Both the position numbers and the translations under genes were made by a program. From a virus, in IMG/VR virus record IMGVR_UViG_3300027987_000212, positions 96,001 through 160,000 of that record: DNA of 64,000 nt; one strand, 5' to 3'. Shown here piece after piece: positions 54,842-63,592 of this stretch (positions are counted from its first letter, which is position 1; each line of letters begins with the position of its first letter). The notes beneath the pieces are model-generated. The model did not search any database and was not told the DNA's origin. It saw only the letters and a program-made list of their open reading frames with translations.

Positions 54842-55798
54842 ATGCACAACGAAGAAAACAAAACCCCTGAGCAGGAAACCACCGCAGAAGAAGTCAAAGA
54901 GGTCACTCCGGCGGAAGTGACGTTGACTGACAACGACGTCCCTGAAGACGCCAGCAGCACCATACCTAGCGGACCGCCCACCGATGCCACCGAAGTACTT
55001 GAGGCACCGATGCCCGAAGTGCCCGTCGGTGAATACCCAGACATCGTCGGACAAGGCGAGGACATCACCGTCATCGCAGATAACCCGCAACAAATGGTGC
55101 AAGCCCAACTCGACCTCATTCAAGCTTGCGACAGAAAGATAGCAGCAGCCAGGCAAGCACTTCAGGAACGTCAAGAAAACCTGGACGCAGCACTTCGGGG
55201 AAAGCTTCGTACCACCGTATGGCGAAGACTCGTCAAAGAGGCAGAAGCCGCAGTCGTGTACTACGAGAAGATGAAGACTGCCTTCAGCCTAGGCTACTTC
55301 ATGGTCCCCGACTTCCCCATCACCCTCATCGCCATTCGTACCGACAACAAACCTGCTGCAAAACAAACACGCCTCGCTCACCGAGGACTGCAGGCCGAAG
55401 ATGCGCTCAACCTACCCCGCGGCGAAGGACGCTACGTGCACCCAATCCCATCCGGCACTACCTACCAAGAGCGAACGTCACCCTCCACTGAACCGGCAAG
55501 ATACACCCAGTACGTTACGACAACGGGTGACTACAAACCAGTAGACTTCCCAATGCGCTTGGTCAAACCTCGTATCGTCAACAACCTGACAGAAGCACTA
55601 GCCCGCAAAGTCTTCGATGAGGTAGGCATCCTGCCTTCTTCAGTTGCTCCGGCTAGGCGTAGCCGAACTGGGCTCACCGCTGGCGCCTCAGCCAATCCAG
55701 ACCCAATGGTCATTGGCCGCATCTTCCGCCAAGACCGCGGGCACCGCATCAGTGCCAGCTTCCTCATCACATGGTGGATTGACGCCAACACCCTATGA
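54842..55798 (+). CDS. Hypothetical protein with acidic N-terminus and coiled coil (start revised to ATG 54842)
   Basis: AGGAG SD before MHNEENK. Confidence 0.75.
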   Translation: MHNEENKTPEQETTAEEVKEVTPAEVTLTDNDVPEDASSTIPSGPPTDATEVLEAPMPEVPVGEYPDIVGQGEDITVIADNPQQMVQAQLDLIQACDRKIAAARQALQERQENLDAALRGKLRTTVWRRLVKEAEAAVVYYEKMKTAFSLGYFMVPDFPITLIAIRTDNKPAAKQTRLAHRGLQAEDALNLPRGEGRYVHPIPSGTTYQERTSPSTEPARYTQYVTTTGDYKPVDFPMRLVKPRIVNNLTEALARKVFDEVGILPSSVAPARRSRTGLTAGASANPDPMVIGRIFRQDRGHRISASFLITWWIDANTL

Positions 55799-56199
55799 AG
55801 CTCACAGACATCACGTCGCGCCCAGCGCATACTCGAGGGTCTGTTCTGGTCCAATCCCCCCGTGGAATTGTTACTGCTAGTGCTTCGGTCGTCGATGCAG
55901 ACCCTGATAGTGACATCCCCTTCCTGCATTGGTACGTGAATCGCGTACTGGTACAGGAAGGGTACAGGGGGCAGGGGTATGGTAGCGCTGCCGTCCAGCA
56001 GCTCTTGAAGGCTATCGAAAAAAGTAACCAAGCATTCGAGGACATTCCCGTCATCGTTACCCCTGGCGGCTACAACAGCTCCCCTCAACGCCTGCACACC
56101 TTTTACACACGCCTCGGGTTTACTCTGTGGAAACCCCGCTGCCCAATTCTCATCTGGAGAGCTCATGAACCCACACAACACCTCTCCTGCGGAACCTGA
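55795..56199 (+). CDS. GNAT acetyltransferase
   Basis: VNRVLVQEGYRGQGYGSAAV...LHTFYTRLGF. Confidence 0.85.
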   Translation: MKLTDITSRPAHTRGSVLVQSPRGIVTASASVVDADPDSDIPFLHWYVNRVLVQEGYRGQGYGSAAVQQLLKAIEKSNQAFEDIPVIVTPGGYNSSPQRLHTFYTRLGFTLWKPRCPILIWRAHEPTQHLSCGT

Positions 56200-56983
56200 G
56201 TGGTCTAACGAAGACTTCCTGGACTACGTACAGGAACACAGTAAGACCGAACGAGCACTATTCTCCTACAACCATGTACGTCGCCTAATACTACTAGCGG
56301 GCCTACCAAACAACGCCTGGTTCAACTCCATTGCAGCAACACCTGACAAGTTCATTAGCATCGATGCCTCCTCCGCTGCCAGCCTAATTAGCCATGCGGT
56401 AAAGCGCATGGCTTGGGTTAATACGGAGGGACCCCTACGCTACGATGCTGTACCTCAATTCCCTCAAGCACACTGGGGCGTGGATATCTCCTGGAGCTAC
56501 CTGGAGGAGTACATCCACATTCAGTCCAACGCACACACCACCCAAGCCAGTTTGGACCTAGAACCAGACTTCCAACGCGCGCATGTTTGGACGTACGAGC
56601 AGCAGGTTGCCTACGTTGAATACGTACTAAAAGGCGGCGAAGTTTCACGCACACTCACTTTCAACTGCCCTGGCTGGAACTCAGACTGGCGAGGACCCTA
56701 CGTCATCATCGACGGTAAGCAACGCCTCGAAGCTGTACGCCGCTTCCTGCGCGGAGAGCTGCTCGCGTTTGGGCGCTACTTCAGCGAATTTACGGGCAGC
56801 ATGCGCTTAACCGGCCCCAGTTTCCGGTGGAACGTGTGTGCCCTCGAGTCACGGGCAGAAGTCTTGCGCATGTACTTGAACATCAACGCAGGAGGAACGC
56901 CCCACACCCCCGTAGAGCTTAGCCGTGTACGGCAGTTGTTGGTCGAAGCAGATGAACAGCTCAACGACGACAACGTGCCCTGA
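56165..56983 (+). CDS. DUF262 / ParB-Srx-like domain protein
   Basis: PDFQRAHVW, IIDGKQRL and YLNINAGGTP. Confidence 0.8.
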   Translation: MNPHNTSPAEPEWSNEDFLDYVQEHSKTERALFSYNHVRRLILLAGLPNNAWFNSIAATPDKFISIDASSAASLISHAVKRMAWVNTEGPLRYDAVPQFPQAHWGVDISWSYLEEYIHIQSNAHTTQASLDLEPDFQRAHVWTYEQQVAYVEYVLKGGEVSRTLTFNCPGWNSDWRGPYVIIDGKQRLEAVRRFLRGELLAFGRYFSEFTGSMRLTGPSFRWNVCALESRAEVLRMYLNINAGGTPHTPVELSRVRQLLVEADEQLNDDNVP

Positions 56984-57533
56984 GTGTGGTGAAGAGGTAG
57001 ACGAACTTGTCTACGTGGCGTACGAAGACCTGCACATGTGTGAACAGTGCAGAGAGTATGGAGACCTCGACCAAGAATTCCGAAACGACCAGTTCGAAGA
57101 AGGCCTGCGAATAACCAGCGAGTACCAGGAGGTAGAAATGAGCGACTGCAAAATCACTAAGCAACTAGTATACACCGCTGAGCAGGGGGACGACACCCTA
57201 CTGTTCATCACGCACAGCTATGGGGCCCTATCAGGTGCACCGCAGCACGTACAAGCCGTCGCAAAGACGGCTGGCGGAGACGTCATCATACTGAACCTGC
57301 ACCCAAACACAAAGCCTAGTCCGACCGAAACAGTGTTGTACGAAGTCCACGTGCGCGTCTACACCGGCGAGTACGAAGAGTTCGCACACCGACACTATGC
57401 TAGCGATGAGTCAAGCAGCATCGAGAAAGCCCTGGAGTGGGCATTGACCGTTTACCAGCAGTGGCACACTGAGTACTACGAAGACGAGGTAGACGAAGAA
57501 GCTGAGGGCGAAGACGCCCCCTCATCCGTTTAG
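56952..57533 (+). CDS. Zn-finger plus second-domain protein (internal AGGAGGT-ATG at 57138)
   Basis: CPECG...CEQC. In-frame internal start with a strong SD. Confidence 0.65.
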   Translation: MNSSTTTTCPECGEEVDELVYVAYEDLHMCEQCREYGDLDQEFRNDQFEEGLRITSEYQEVEMSDCKITKQLVYTAEQGDDTLLFITHSYGALSGAPQHVQAVAKTAGGDVIILNLHPNTKPSPTETVLYEVHVRVYTGEYEEFAHRHYASDESSSIEKALEWALTVYQQWHTEYYEDEVDEEAEGEDAPSSV

Positions 57534-57542
57534 GACATTGCG

Positions 57543-57567
57543 AAGGCCGCACATCGTGGCCTTTTTT
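57543..57567 (+). terminator. Intrinsic terminator
   Basis: AAGGCCGC-acatc-GTGGCCTT followed by TTTT, 10 nt after the stop. Confidence 0.65.
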
Positions 57568-57577
57568 AGGGATAAGA
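57549..57577 (+). promoter_or_regulatory. Putative phage promoter motif, copy 4
   Basis: GCAC-N16-GGGATAAGA, overlapping the terminator. Confidence 0.5.
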
Positions 57578-57609
57578 CTTACGAACCCCAAGACCATTAG
57601 GTAACCACT

Positions 57610-58521
57610 GTGAACAACCGCCCCGACCAGCAAACGAGCATCAAGGCCCCCCTGCTCCTACTCGAGCTACGACCACGTTACGAAGGAAGACGGACGTTCG
57701 TCTTCCTTGGAGTCCCGTTCATACTTCGAATGGACGTGGGCCCAGGCCCCCACATGAGCCTCGTCTCGGGCTACGTAGAAGAGGTATCGAATACGCCCGG
57801 ACGGCAGTACGCCCTAAGGAACAATGACAGTCAGCCATTCCTGCTGCAAGCGGCTTTGGATGCAGTCAACAACCCCACCGAGTGCACCTTCATCCCCCTG
57901 CTGTCTGTACTACTGCCAACCGTACTTGCCGCACACTTCGTGGATATGGCACGCCATGTCCTACACGACTTACCGCCACAGGCGAACTTATCTCCGAGCG
58001 ACTACCGCCAGTTCGCCTCCAGCACGCACTACCAAACAGGTGAGCAAGACTTGGTAGGCCTAGCTACACGTCTACTCACTACGGTTGCTCTGGGCAATCT
58101 ACCTACCCTCCTTCGTCGACCCGACTTCGCATCCTGCTACGGCACCGTTCAACAAACTGTCGAACAAGACGAAGAACTACTCCACTTTTACTGCGAGCGA
58201 GTGAACGCCGCCACAGTACTCATCACAAGCAGTAGTACCCGGCAGTCCATGGTACTACTGCTAAATGAGGACGGCACTTACGGCGCGGGTACCCTCGACC
58301 TGCACCATGTGTCCGTACAAATCGACCTTGTAGCGAACAAGGCTCACGTAGACGTGTTCGCTCCGAATGACGCCAAAGTCATATGCACCGATGTCGTAGC
58401 AAGCACCCCCAACAACCCGGTCAGCCCGCTGCTGAGCTACTACCTCAAAACAGCGGCCCTCATCATGTTTGCAACACGAGAGACTGCGGCAAGTCAGGCA
58501 CCTGCCAGCCCCCTGAACTGA
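57610..58521 (+). CDS. Hypothetical protein
   Basis: 303-aa ORF downstream of promoter copy 4. Confidence 0.7.
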   Translation: MNNRPDQQTSIKAPLLLLELRPRYEGRRTFVFLGVPFILRMDVGPGPHMSLVSGYVEEVSNTPGRQYALRNNDSQPFLLQAALDAVNNPTECTFIPLLSVLLPTVLAAHFVDMARHVLHDLPPQANLSPSDYRQFASSTHYQTGEQDLVGLATRLLTTVALGNLPTLLRRPDFASCYGTVQQTVEQDEELLHFYCERVNAATVLITSSSTRQSMVLLLNEDGTYGAGTLDLHHVSVQIDLVANKAHVDVFAPNDAKVICTDVVASTPNNPVSPLLSYYLKTAALIMFATRETAASQAPASPLN

Positions 58522-58527
58522 GGCAAC

Positions 58528-59052
58528 ATGCACCCACCAAAAATCACGTCTGACAAGTCTGGTCGCGTCGTATTCCATGTAGCAGGTGACCTAGTCATCG
58601 CCTATCCCAAAGAAGCCTGGGGAGCCAAGGGTGCCGCCTGGAACCACCTGGTAGAGCATCCGCCACCCATTCTCGCACGAACCCCCGGGGTCAGCAGCAC
58701 CGATAACCCTTACCATGCCTGCCATGATGACGAAGCCTACTGGGCATGGGCCGTACGCGACATCACTCGCGTACTCTACACGCGTTTCGGATGTGGGGGT
58801 CTCATCGACGGACTACGAAACTCCCTACGCCTAGACGACCTACGCAAGGTAGCCGCTGCCATCGAGGCAGCAGTCAACAATGTCACACAGCAGCTAAAGG
58901 ACCTGGAACTTGCACCACCTACGACCAACGCGGCAACTCCGCAGACAACTGAGGCTGCTGCAGCATCGGCTACAAGCTCTGACGGGAATTCCAAAGAAGA
59001 AAATCCCAACGGTGACTCTGTCGATGCACGAAACGCATCCGACGGTGGATAG
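58528..59052 (+). CDS. Hypothetical protein
   Basis: GAGG SD. Confidence 0.7.
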   Translation: MHPPKITSDKSGRVVFHVAGDLVIAYPKEAWGAKGAAWNHLVEHPPPILARTPGVSSTDNPYHACHDDEAYWAWAVRDITRVLYTRFGCGGLIDGLRNSLRLDDLRKVAAAIEAAVNNVTQQLKDLELAPPTTNAATPQTTEAAAASATSSDGNSKEENPNGDSVDARNASDGG

Positions 59053-59446
59053 GTGCGAAGTACTCCTCCACGAACTGGCGCACATGCGGCTACTAAATCT
59101 GCACCCAGACGAAGAGCTGTGGGGGGTAATCGACACCTGTTTGAAGCGGCGTCCTCCCCTGTTTCAGGCTCTGCATGAAGTGCGCGCCATAGCCATCGAA
59201 CTAGAGGTGGCAAAAAGGCTGGGGCTGGGCTTGAACTACTTCGGCGTTCTGTGGACAGGCGCACGCAACACCCCGCTCATCTGGGACAAGTGCCTGCACT
59301 CCGAGGCGCGGTTCCGCAAGTTGTACCGGCGCGCCCGCCGCACGCAAAAGGTACAACGGCTAGCTACTCAGCTTGTACAAGAAATCACGTCCACAGGACG
59401 CATAAACCTACCACCCACAAGATGGTCCTCCGGTCATCAAGGTTAG
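59024..59446 (+). CDS. HExxH-motif protein (putative zinc metallopeptidase fold); start uncertain
   Basis: EVLLHELAH...HEVRA. Confidence 0.55.
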   Translation: MHETHPTVDRCEVLLHELAHMRLLNLHPDEELWGVIDTCLKRRPPLFQALHEVRAIAIELEVAKRLGLGLNYFGVLWTGARNTPLIWDKCLHSEARFRKLYRRARRTQKVQRLATQLVQEITSTGRINLPPTRWSSGHQG

Positions 59447-59454
59447 GGGCATGT

Positions 59455-59652
59455 ATGCAAAAACCTAGAAACCAAACGTACACCTTCGAGGTACGACCTG
59501 GCACACGCTACATCAAACTCGGACCACGCTGCAGAGCAACGTGCCACACATGCCAAAAAGAGATGCCCATCGAACTGCGCAACATGGGTAATGGAGACGT
59601 ACGGGAACAACCAAACTGCCAAGAATGTCGTAAACGCGAGCCCGAAGAATGA
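59455..59652 (+). CDS. Small Zn-ribbon protein
   Basis: CHTC...CQEC. ATGA overlap with the next gene. Confidence 0.6.
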   Translation: MQKPRNQTYTFEVRPGTRYIKLGPRCRATCHTCQKEMPIELRNMGNGDVREQPNCQECRKREPEE

Positions 59653-60344
59653 CTAGCCAACTCAAGCAAGTAGTGTTCACCGGACTCGACGAGAAGACAG
59701 ACTTCCAGCGGTTGCGTGAGATGTACCAGCTGGACCCGCGCATGCGCTTCTCCGTGATGGTCAACGGTAAGAAGGTCGCCCAAAACGCTGGGCGGGCCAA
59801 AATCAGCATGTTGTACCCACCAAACCCCTACGGACTGCTGGCCAATAGCGGCCTGCCTCCGAGGGCGCTAGTTGCGCATCTACAAGGGAACGACGCCATA
59901 GACTTCGTGCAGATGCCGACTGCGTTCAAAAACGTCGTAAGGTACCTGTCCCGTATTCACATACAGCAGGAGCCGACCGTCCTCTCGGCAGGCCTCGCCG
60001 CACGAGCAGCCCGCCAACTGGGCATAGAAGTCAGCCTCCACACCAAGTGCAACCCCGTCCCTTGGTATGCTGGAGTCACCCTACTCTCCCTAAGCCTAGT
60101 CCCTACCAAACCCAAAGGGTGGGGCACGCCCGACAGTCTGTACCACTCAACAGACCTACTCGGATACAGCGGAGGCATCACCCCAGACAACCTACCAAGC
60201 GTGCTCCCCGCCATCCAAGAAGCTAGGGGAACGGGTGCATTCTGGATTGAACTAGGCGAAGGCATTCGTGTGGGAGACTGCTTCGACGCCGATGAAGTAG
60301 AAGCAGCCATGGTCGCCATCAGAAACTGGGAGCGTGGAATATGA
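59649..60344 (+). CDS. Phage TIM-barrel-like protein (distantly TrpF/PRAI-like)
   Basis: VVFTGLDEKTD, VAHLQG, LGYSGGITPDNL and FWIELGEGIR..D.FD. Confidence 0.55.
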   Translation: MTSQLKQVVFTGLDEKTDFQRLREMYQLDPRMRFSVMVNGKKVAQNAGRAKISMLYPPNPYGLLANSGLPPRALVAHLQGNDAIDFVQMPTAFKNVVRYLSRIHIQQEPTVLSAGLAARAARQLGIEVSLHTKCNPVPWYAGVTLLSLSLVPTKPKGWGTPDSLYHSTDLLGYSGGITPDNLPSVLPAIQEARGTGAFWIELGEGIRVGDCFDADEVEAAMVAIRNWERGI

Positions 60345-60982
60345 ATGGCATAGCCAAGGCGCTGCAAGAGGGACGCTTGATTAGAGGTAGCTTCGTAAAG
60401 CGCCGTGGTGGGCAACTATACGTGTGCCCCCTAGCTGCCTTGATGGGCATCGAACCGGTACACGACAATGTACACCCACTCTTCGAGTACATCCCCCAAT
60501 CAGTGGCCCCCCGTTGGATAGCCGAGCTCATCCCGGCTTGGGCTGACTGCGGCACTAAGCGTAACTGGCACGACCTGATGGTCAGACTAGCGGCACTTGC
60601 CTCCAAGTTCTCTAACCTGGAAGAGACGTGCAGCAGAGTAGCTGAGGCGCACTGCCAACTCGTGTGTCTGCAGTTGCTGCTGGAGTACGGTAACCACGAC
60701 TTCAGCCGCCTCGTACGATGTTGGCGGCAAGTGGCTAGAGGGCAGGAACCCGTCTCCGACAAATGGTCACAAGCCTACGACCAAGTGGGCGCGTTACTTG
60801 GCTCGCACCAAACGAAACAGCGTATCTTCAGTGTGACTAGCTGTATGCGCCTGGCGATTGACCTCAGTGTGTACAACCTCACTGGGGAGCAGCGTACGCG
60901 CGTTAAGCAAGTCACTGCCGACCGCATCATCAAAGCGCACTTCGACGAACTCGAAGAAGTCTTCGCACGCTTCCAGGTCTAG
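60341..60982 (+). CDS. Hypothetical protein
   Basis: ATGA overlap. Confidence 0.7.
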   Translation: MNGIAKALQEGRLIRGSFVKRRGGQLYVCPLAALMGIEPVHDNVHPLFEYIPQSVAPRWIAELIPAWADCGTKRNWHDLMVRLAALASKFSNLEETCSRVAEAHCQLVCLQLLLEYGNHDFSRLVRCWRQVARGQEPVSDKWSQAYDQVGALLGSHQTKQRIFSVTSCMRLAIDLSVYNLTGEQRTRVKQVTADRIIKAHFDELEEVFARFQV

Positions 60983-60983
60983 C

Positions 60984-61012
60984 GCAAGGCAGCCCTCCTT
61001 TCGGGGATAAGA
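60984..61012 (+). promoter_or_regulatory. Putative phage promoter motif, copy 5
   Basis: GCAA-N16-GGGATAAGA, then GGAGG SD and ATG 61047. Confidence 0.6.
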
Positions 61013-61046
61013 CTGATGGAGAGAACACCACCATCGGAGGGATACC

Positions 61047-61427
61047 ATGCACAACACTGACATAGCACTCGTTTCGACTCGTCGCCTCGTACGAATGGAC
61101 CTACAAGCACTGCAGGACTACGTCCAGCTCACCGTAGTCTTGGCTTACGAGGACAGGCGCGCCACCTTTAAACTTCGCGTCGGCAAACACGAGCTCTGCA
61201 CGCTAGACTCCATCCTAGCGTCGCTGCTTCTAACCCAAGCCTTCGAGATGACACCGACCCAGTGGACTCAACGCACGGGGACGCGCAGCGCAGACGAATT
61301 CCAACGCTGCAAACGCATGAGTGTCACTCTGGCGGCGCTACTCGGCAGAGACCGCTTCGTACAACTGGTGCGAAGGTTCGATTCGCTGCCCCTGGGTACC
61401 GCCAAGCCCACGCGCTTGTTGAACTAG
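61047..61427 (+). CDS. Hypothetical protein
   Basis: GGAGGG SD. Confidence 0.7.
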   Translation: MHNTDIALVSTRRLVRMDLQALQDYVQLTVVLAYEDRRATFKLRVGKHELCTLDSILASLLLTQAFEMTPTQWTQRTGTRSADEFQRCKRMSVTLAALLGRDRFVQLVRRFDSLPLGTAKPTRLLN

Positions 61428-61437
61428 CTCTTGCCCT

Positions 61438-61464
61438 GCCCGCCACAGCATTGCTGTGGCGGGC
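61438..61464. repeat. Intergenic perfect inverted repeat, 13-bp arms around one central T
   Basis: GCCCGCCACAGCA-T-TGCTGTGGCGGGC. Confidence 0.9.
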
Positions 61465-61520
61465 GTTGCGTAGCCCTACCTGTTAGCGAGGTAACCTAGA
61501 CCAACTTAGTTGTACAAACT

Positions 61521-61838
61521 ATGCCAAAAACTTCAGACGACCCCATCACCAACTTTCTACGACCCTACACATTACCTCCGAACACATACGACCCAGAAGT
61601 CTGGCGGCGCATCAGCACGAAGTCCAGAATCATTGCTCGTTTGCCTGAGGGACTCACAGGCCTGCAGGCACTTCAGCGCGTAAGCCCGGAAACAGCCCAA
61701 GAGCTTCTAGCTCAACTCGAACAACGGGCAGCCAATACGTACCGACGCATATACGCCATGCGCGATGGGAACATACGATACTTGTCGCCAGACCAGTGGC
61801 TGGCCTTCAAAGCAGCTGGCGGGCAAGCCTCATGGTAG
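61521..61838 (+). CDS. Hypothetical protein
   Basis: Protein-like ORF in a plus-strand series. Confidence 0.65.
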   Translation: MPKTSDDPITNFLRPYTLPPNTYDPEVWRRISTKSRIIARLPEGLTGLQALQRVSPETAQELLAQLEQRAANTYRRIYAMRDGNIRYLSPDQWLAFKAAGGQASW

Positions 61839-62032
61839 ACCAACTTCCCGAGTTGTACTGCACCACGTACTGCAACAAGCCGCACCGAGTCAGGGACGGT
61901 ATGCCGGTCAACCACGAGTGCCGCGTACTTCCGCACGAGGTACTCAAGGCAGAAATCGACGGCGACTACACACTAGCCCAACAGCTACTGGGCAAAGCCT
62001 CCACACGCATCAGTAAAGGAATCAAGCTGTGA
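61832..62032 (+). CDS. Small Cys/His protein (start revised to ATG 61832)
   Basis: YCTTYCNKPH...HECR. Confidence 0.6.
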   Translation: MVDQLPELYCTTYCNKPHRVRDGMPVNHECRVLPHEVLKAEIDGDYTLAQQLLGKASTRISKGIKL

Positions 62033-62934
62033 CTCTTGAAGACGACTTCTCCGACCCAACTAGTCTGCTGTACTGCCGCTACTGCGGCGATACCAACCTT
62101 CGTCTCGACTTCGTGCCCACTTGCGATACCGACGTCCTCGAATGTCCATGTGGAGCACCCTGCAACCTAAGCGACGTTCGCATCATGACCCCCATCACGC
62201 CTGATGGCGGGGTAGCGCTACTGACCTTAGAGGAGCTGGCTGTCTCTCACGGCGGGCACCTGAACACCAGGAAAGTCAGCCAGCAGGTACGCGACCAACT
62301 CGTGTACCTGACCACAGAGGCTTTCGTGAAACTAACTCCACCAGCGCACTGCCCAGAGGCCACGCATATCATCCGACTCACTACCAAGGGTCGCCGCGTG
62401 GCAGGCTTCCTGCGCGCCATACAGGCAGAGCACTCCCGAAAGGAAGACATCCACACCCAAGCAGCCTTCAAGCAGGAGCACCGCGGAAACCAACTCACAA
62501 TTCACTCCTACCGCATGCCAGCCTACCCGTACACCCCAGCCAACCCTATACGGGACGTGCTGAGGCTACTCAGTAGGGGGAAGGAGCCACCCAAGTATGT
62601 CATCGGTTACTCGACCCACGTACCTGACGGGTGCACGCTGCCGTTACAAGACTGGGCAGCCAGCAATGCTGGCGTGGGCTGGATGACCGGCATTGGCCTA
62701 CTCGACGCTGCCGACCTACTAGTCGCGAGCGCCGTCGGGAATGCCAACATCCCTCCGGAGCCCCCGTCCAGCGACCCAGTACTGTTCATTCCTCCAGGAT
62801 ACCCTGCTGGAGATGGCACTGACCTCGAGTGTGGCTGGTACTTCTCTGACGAAACCTGGACCACCCTACTTGGGCCCCATCCCACCGAAGCAGCGGCACG
62901 CGTCGCACTCACCAAGTACGCCGAAACTCTCTGA
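62029..62934 (+). CDS. Multidomain hypothetical protein with N-terminal Zn-ribbon
   Basis: YCRYCG...CPCG. GTGA overlap. Confidence 0.7.
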   Translation: MTLEDDFSDPTSLLYCRYCGDTNLRLDFVPTCDTDVLECPCGAPCNLSDVRIMTPITPDGGVALLTLEELAVSHGGHLNTRKVSQQVRDQLVYLTTEAFVKLTPPAHCPEATHIIRLTTKGRRVAGFLRAIQAEHSRKEDIHTQAAFKQEHRGNQLTIHSYRMPAYPYTPANPIRDVLRLLSRGKEPPKYVIGYSTHVPDGCTLPLQDWAASNAGVGWMTGIGLLDAADLLVASAVGNANIPPEPPSSDPVLFIPPGYPAGDGTDLECGWYFSDETWTTLLGPHPTEAAARVALTKYAETL

Positions 62935-62941
62935 GGACAGC

Positions 62942-63592
62942 ATGAAAAACCGAAGGTACGTAGAGCCCGCAGAAAAACCAGAACCCCTTCCCCTACCCAA
63001 AAAGCCGCTGACCAACGGTGGCGAATACTGGGTTAGCATCCGTGGGGTACCTGTCAAAGGCACCATCCTTTGCAGCAAGAATGGTGAAGATGTAGTCTTC
63101 ATCAACCGCCGCACACGCCGGGCTAAACTGCTCAAGTCCGTCTCAGAAGTGTACGATTCTGAAAAAGCCGCTGCCGTGGGGCCACGCGCCGGCGTGAAGC
63201 TGTGGCACGTCGACCTCAACCCACATACTGGGCCAGTTCTCGAGGAGGTCATCTACTACGCCCCCGAAGACAGTATGGACCGTGAGTCGCGGTACTACCA
63301 CTACTGGTTGGACGCGGAAGGGCAAGAGCACCACGAAAGTGCGTGCTTTAACAACTACCTCCACTTCGTTCGAACGCGCCGCGAAGCACTCAAGCTACTC
63401 GCGCCACACATAGGACGCTGCGTAGCGCACCACACTCGCAGACGAGACGACGCGGTCAGCACTCAAGGCAAGTCCGGCGCCGCACTGAAGGCGTTGATGG
63501 AGCTCTACACAGAGTGCAGGGCGACCCACATCAGAGTCAACCTCAAGCCCACACCCAACCGCAGCCAGCTACTACGAAGGAAGAAACGATGA
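62942..63592 (+). CDS. Hypothetical protein (start revised to ATG 62942)
   Basis: GAGGA SD. Confidence 0.7.
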   Translation: MKNRRYVEPAEKPEPLPLPKKPLTNGGEYWVSIRGVPVKGTILCSKNGEDVVFINRRTRRAKLLKSVSEVYDSEKAAAVGPRAGVKLWHVDLNPHTGPVLEEVIYYAPEDSMDRESRYYHYWLDAEGQEHHESACFNNYLHFVRTRREALKLLAPHIGRCVAHHTRRRDDAVSTQGKSGAALKALMELYTECRATHIRVNLKPTPNRSQLLRRKKR

